A DNA stretch of 16,249 nt from a virus (taxonomy: Duplodnaviria; Heunggongvirae; Uroviricota; Caudoviricetes; Crassvirales): positions 88,104-104,352 of the IMG/VR virus record IMGVR_UViG_3300035495_000018, one strand, 5' to 3'. Position 1 is the first letter of the stretch, and the number at the start of each line of letters is the position of its first letter. A model generated the notes under the pieces. That model was not told the origin of the DNA, did not search any database, and worked only from the letters and a program-made list of their open reading frames with translations. Below, piece after piece: positions 15,800-16,249 of the stretch. The position numbers and the translations under genes were made by a program.

Positions 15800-16249
15800 A
15801 TACTCAAGTAAATATAGTGGTGAACAGGTAGATGCTGCTGTTGAATACTTTCTGAATCACTCTCAGATAGAAGACAATAGTAGCTATGAGTACACCAATA
15901 CAGTCTATTGTAGGAATAGTACTTTCCCATCTAAACCATTCAGTGACTCTGCACTACCAGTAGCAATGCCTACACTACCATTTGCAGGTAGTGATGGTAA
16001 TCTGTGGTATGATGTTCCTAATACCTCCACTAAGGATTGGTATCAGTGTGTACTGAAGATTAACTATAAGACCAATAAGGTTGTTTCTCAAGGTGCTGTA
16101 CTTGATATGAAAGGACAGACTGGAGAAGCAGGAAGTGATGGAAATGATGGTTCTAATGGTATTGATGGTTCTAATGGTATTGATGGTGAGAATGGAAATT
16201 TCACAGAGTATAGATACAAGAGGTCATCAGAGTATGCTATCACTCTAGG
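15789..16249 (+). CDS. N-terminal part of a collagen-like tail/head fibre protein (3' truncated by the window edge)
   Basis: Not in the ORF track. Open from ATG 15789 to the end: MESEYSSKYSGEQVDAAVEYFLNH...WYDVP...WYQC...KGQTGEAGSDGNDGSNGIDGSNGIDGENGNFTEYRYKRS, with Gly-X-Y triplets. Confidence 0.8.
   Translation, partial: MESEYSSKYSGEQVDAAVEYFLNHSQIEDNSSYEYTNTVYCRNSTFPSKPFSDSALPVAMPTLPFAGSDGNLWYDVPNTSTKDWYQCVLKINYKTNKVVSQGAVLDMKGQTGEAGSDGNDGSNGIDGSNGIDGENGNFTEYRYKRSSEYAITL
16146..16187 (+). repeat. Tandem 18-nt repeat encoding collagen-like DGSNGI units
   Basis: GATGGTTCTAATGGTATT twice, plus GATGGT. Confidence 0.85.

Noticed and set aside
548-15930. All minus-strand ORFs in the track (548..796, 1892..2152, 3406..3600, 4855..5361, 5945..6238, 6153..6383, 6878..7114, 7661..7891, 9150..9392, 9389..9604, 12350..12580, 15742..15930) and the + strand 5995..6177
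   Set aside because: They are shadows of well-supported + strand genes, with low-complexity Ser/Leu/Phe-rich translations and no recognisable motifs or expression signals.
1-16249. Stop-codon reassignment (TAG or TGA read as an amino acid), known in some crAss-like phages
   Set aside because: The long genes are uninterrupted in the standard code and tile the window. TGA ends several overlapping genes. TAG is rare as a stop (only 188-190 among my calls), but no gene needs read-through.
1-16249. CRISPR array, tRNA genes, invertible-promoter repeats, integrase or reverse transcriptase
   Set aside because: I found by eye no regularly spaced repeats, cloverleaf, flanking inverted repeats around the promoters, or recombinase/RT motifs.

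Overview
This window is a segment of an AT-rich Bacteroidetes phage genome, very probably crAss-like (Crassvirales). All credible genes are on the + strand and read in the standard genetic code. From left to right it holds: (1) a lysis region (C-terminal part of a possible spanin, a holin-like protein, a T7-type amidase endolysin) with a non-coding 138-nt gap containing an Asn-codon-rich tract reminiscent of a DGR template and a UUCG hairpin; (2) small accessory genes (a 31-aa basic microprotein missing from the ORF track, a multi-TM protein, an excisionase-type HTH protein, a HExxH protein); (3) a self-contained five-gene operon with its own promoter and terminator, whose first gene is split by a 994-nt group I intron (2591-3584) carrying a GIY-YIG homing endonuclease; (4) the virion module: probable scaffold, major capsid protein, ring-protein paralogues, auxiliary capsid protein, tail hub proteins, an IHF/HU-like protein, and the start of a collagen-like fibre gene. 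The intron and its splice junctions are the best-supported finding, being readable from base pairing in the sequence. Virion gene identities rest on remembered synteny and protein size relative to phage crAss001, not on a database search.
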